Positions 60,801-64,000 of a stretch of 64,000 bases of DNA are shown here, piece after piece. The stretch's first letter is position 1; every line of letters begins with the position of its first letter. Source of the stretch: Rhodosorus marinus CCMP1338 (taxonomy: Eukaryota; Plantae; Rhodophyta); assembly GCA_029953675.1 (NCBI GenBank), contig JAMWBK010000012.1, positions 930,001 through 994,000 of the forward strand, given 5' to 3'. The notes under the pieces are model-generated. The model ran no database searches. It saw only the letters and a list, made by a program, of their open reading frames with translations, and was not told where the DNA came from. The translations under genes were made by a program, and so were the position numbers.

Positions 60801-62500
60801 GTCGGCGAGTCCACTGCGTAGCTTCCATACCCAAGTCTGTAAACCGCCGCAAGCTCCGGAAAGTGCTGATCCATGAGTTTCTTGGCGAGGCGACGATCAA
60901 TCCTGTTGAATGCATTCTCGAGGTCAAGCCTAAGCACCACCGCGTCTGGTTCACATGACAGATTGGCCTGGATCGCGTGAAGTGAGCGTTCGCATCCGCC
61001 ACTGACTCCGATCCCTAGTTGTAATGGCACCAGGAGCGTGCGCACTCTGTCGATCACCGCGCGAAGGGTCCATTGAGCCGCCACTTTTTGCAGAACTTCA
61101 GGGACGCCGATGGGCCGAACGCCTGGGTTTGCCCGGGGAGCCGATTCCCTCGGTGGCTTCGCGAATGGTAGTAGTCTGCCTGCTGCTACGCAGGGCACGC
61201 GTCAGCGGAGAAGGAAAATTCTCCGGAGCTGTCGCTAGTTGTCGCAGTACGCGGATCAAAGCCACTTGCGTCTGTTGATTGGCGCCTTGGAGATGTTCCG
61301 CGCGCATTCCACTGGGGCCTGGGCTCTTGCCCTGCGGAAGACGTGCCACAATCGACAGGAGACCCTCATCAGCGGCTTTTGTGGTATCCCATCGGCTCTG
61401 AAGAGTCGTATCGTCAGTGTTGTGCAGTGATTCCAGGGCCTCCGCCACCTCGTCTGGTAAGTCACCTGCCGCAGGTTCTGGGAAGAGTCCTTGCAGTTGG
61501 CGCCAGGTAGTCTCGGTGAAAGGAGCCATTTCCGTTGCCTGCAGTCGACGAGCAGCGTCCCAGAGGCGACCGAGGTGTGTCAGTTTCAGGGCTTGTTTCT
61601 GGCGTCCTAAAGCTTGGCGGCGAGTCGTTTCCCGGTGGGGCAGTATTCTGCTGCAGTAGGGACGCCCTGTCTTCAAGCGCGGTCCACACCGTATCGAATT
61701 CTCCTTCGAGCACATGTGTGACCTGAATACCGATGTCAAGTGCACAACGTCCTAGCACCAGGCCTGGAAGTCCGACAAGAAGTAGGCTAGCGTTGGCGGG
61801 TGCGGCTGTATCCATGGAAATCTCAAGAGCTGCACTAAGAAGGCGGCTCCAGGTATTGACGTGGGCACAGGGCACAAAGCGCCGTGTGGGTACCGGGCAG
61901 TGTGTTAGGCGCGTCCAATGCCTGCCTCCTGTCGTAACTTGGTCAACGAAGTCGGTCCACCGTTTAACCCAGGCTTGACGATCCGAGAAGAACAGAGGCT
62001 CGTCGCGTCTTCGTTTGATTCCCCTTTATCGGCTGGGCATTATTGCGTAGGTGTTTCCTGGCTGTCCTGTGTGTCCATCGCGTGATGGGTGGCAGTGTGG
62101 TCGGCCTGGGGTGCAGTGTTGCCCTGTGGAGCCTCGACGACTGCCGGAGTCATCTCGGTATCCTGGCCTGTGTCATCAGTGGATACTCGCGACCCCTTGT
62201 GTTGAGGAGGCTCGGGCAGGTTGCAGGGGAGCTCTGCATGAGGGTTATCCTCGGGTGCATCCTCTCCAGGTACTCGTGTATCGCTGCGAGAGTGTTGAAC
62301 GAGAGTTGCCTTCTGCGAAGCCTCGCGCGGATCCGGATAGTCTGTTCAATGGCCCTTTTCAGGGTCTGGCCCCGATGTTCGCTGGGGCAACGTGCTGACG
62401 TTCATTATAGCCCAACAGGTTGTCTGTATCCAGTGCCTGTCCCGTGTAGAGATTCACTTGCCGATCGGGGTGTCTCTGGGTGAACGAAAATCCCCGTCCT
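57894..62500 (-). mobile_element. Near full-length CRE/SLACS-clade non-LTR retrotransposon (RT + zinc knuckle + RLE), frameshifted and internally rearranged
   Basis: GKSPGPSGMRAEHL; RPIGVPE; LDLENAFN; GVQQGDPLGP; IHDD; LPCRWGG.G; CTRC..HHC; RHDE; RPDII..ALDVTV (PD-(D/E)xK-type RLE); FIPIAIETFG. The 5' boundary is approximate. Confidence 0.92.
59472..60004 (+). repeat. Inverted duplicate of ~58530-59065 within the retrotransposon
   Basis: Plus-strand ORFs here reproduce the minus-strand peptides of 58224-59248 (TRYNHLLERYNAGCA.., NIPQLLGLPIPGLRTTEKC..). Confidence 0.9.
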
Positions 62501-62587
62501 GAAAACGCCCCGAGGGATGGCGCTTTGTAGAATCGGAATCGCTTCCGGATGGCATAGTAGGCACGCGTGGGATGCGATGAAGTCCAC

Positions 62588-63050
62588 GTAACCGTAAGCT
62601 TTACTAGGCAGCTGCCTACTGCAGCGCAACACTACGTCTAATTCTATCTAGAGAGAAACTTACTGGAACCCCGCTACCAGGGTCTCATGCTACGTTCAAA
62701 AGAAATAACAGGCACCAGCGGATTCTCCAATTGGTCCACGCGCAAAGCGCCTAGTGCTATCTCTGCGTTACCTGGCCATAGTTGCCGATTCATCTGCGAT
62801 CTCACGTCTCTCAGCTCCTCACTCCTGTGCAGTAAGTGTTTGCAGCTGTCGCGGAGGAACTCTTGTGCCATTTGCCCCGTACGCCCAAACGTCTCTATCG
62901 CTATCGGGATGAACTTGTCATCCGGTTTCTCGATCACCATCGCTTCCTTGTAGTGAGCGATTTTCCACTTCTCCGCAGCTCTCGCCGCGTATTCGCTATC
63001 ATCTTGGCTCCGCCGCAAATCTTTTCCCTGTAATGGTGACACCACAGCAC
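62588..63050 (-). mobile_element. 5'-truncated second copy of the 57.9-62.5 kb family (RLE C-terminus and 3' UTR)
   Basis: VVSPLQGK..FIPIAIETFGRTG.MAQEFLRDSCK..NAEIALGALRV. The 3' UTR closely matches 57894-57980 and ends at the same GGTTAC. Confidence 0.88.
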
Positions 63051-64000
63051 AGTAACCCCAGACTCTTGAGGATTTTACACTTTTTTACACCTTTTTGCAC
63101 TGCATCTAAGGTCGACTGACCCCAATCATCCATTTATCCAAAACCACTCCAAAAGCTTGTTCAGAATAGTAAGACATTCAGGGGTTCTCAAAAGCGCGGG
63201 AAATTCGTGTAGTTTGTGTAGGTCATTGTCCTAAGGCTCCAGCTCTGAACCCGCTATATACAGAACAATCCGCAAAACTGCCGCCGCTTGGTTATCGAAG
63301 AGCGCCTCCTCAGAGTCGCTAACCGCTTGGCTCCTCAGTTCTGGAGCATGAACAACGAGCATTGGCTATCTCAGGTGCTAGGAAGAGGGTAGCTAACTGC
63401 ACGCAGTCACAGAGATGAAGACCGTTCACGTACCAGTTCAGTCTGTCCTCAAATCCGTCGGGTTGGGAACTCGGAAAAGCCTTCCCGAGATGCGCGAGAA
63501 GGATTGCATTCTCTCGAAGGCTCAGACCTGCTGACAAGGGCGCATCGCGTTTCCATAAATAGGATGGGCACGTACTCTACCATTGTCCAGTCCCCGTCTT
63601 AAAAAACCCGCTTGCATTCTGTGAAAGAGTCAACTCGTTGCGTTCCAGGTTCAGGCTCTTCAAGTGAGTCTCTGTCTGCTTGAGGGTCTTCTTGTCAGTG
63701 AACAAGGCCCGCAAATATTTCAGGCCCTTTGTAAATTCAGTGATACTGTGGGCCTGGTTTCAATCACACCTTAGGCGCAGGTTTGCACATCGCGGTCGAT
63801 TCTTGTGATTCTCCGGTCTGATCTATCTAGAGAGGAGCCCAGGTTTTTGATCGTTTCCAACGCTTTGAAGCTGGCCTTGTCCAGCTCCACCACCGCATCA
63901 GCTTCAACTTGGATTACAGTCTGTAGGCCCTCGTTTAGCTTGACCTCCAGTTGATCCAGTTCCTCGGAGATGAACCGGCTGTCGGATTTTTTTACGGAAA

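Noticed and set aside
63300-64000. Coiled-coil-like minus-strand coding fragment at the window edge
   Set aside because: Interrupted by stops or frameshifts and truncated by the window; identity unknown.

Overview
Eukaryotic nuclear DNA, most consistent with a red alga. The evidence is short GT-AG introns, several plastid transit peptides with an N-terminal Phe (MAFV.., MEGFV.., MLGFL.., MALGFL..), plastid-type HLIP/TatB/DUF2232 genes, and an NPRL3 (GATOR1) gene that land plants lack. The left ~40 kb is rich in transposon relics (CRE/SLACS-type RLE non-LTR retrotransposons, Copia fragments, MITE-like foldbacks). It also holds six intronless one-helix HLIP/OHP paralogs, a DUF2232 gene and an intronless secreted Cys-type sulfatase preceded by a 4-unit palindrome-containing repeat array. 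The region 41-56 kb is a compact intron-rich housekeeping block: Nudix hydrolase, TatB-like, AhpC/TSA-like, NPRL3 and a P4-ATPase flippase. The right end holds a rearranged, near full-length CRE-clade retrotransposon next to a Copia relic, plus a second truncated copy. No rRNA, tRNA or CRISPR array is supported. Product names come from motif recognition by eye; exon and relic boundaries are approximate.
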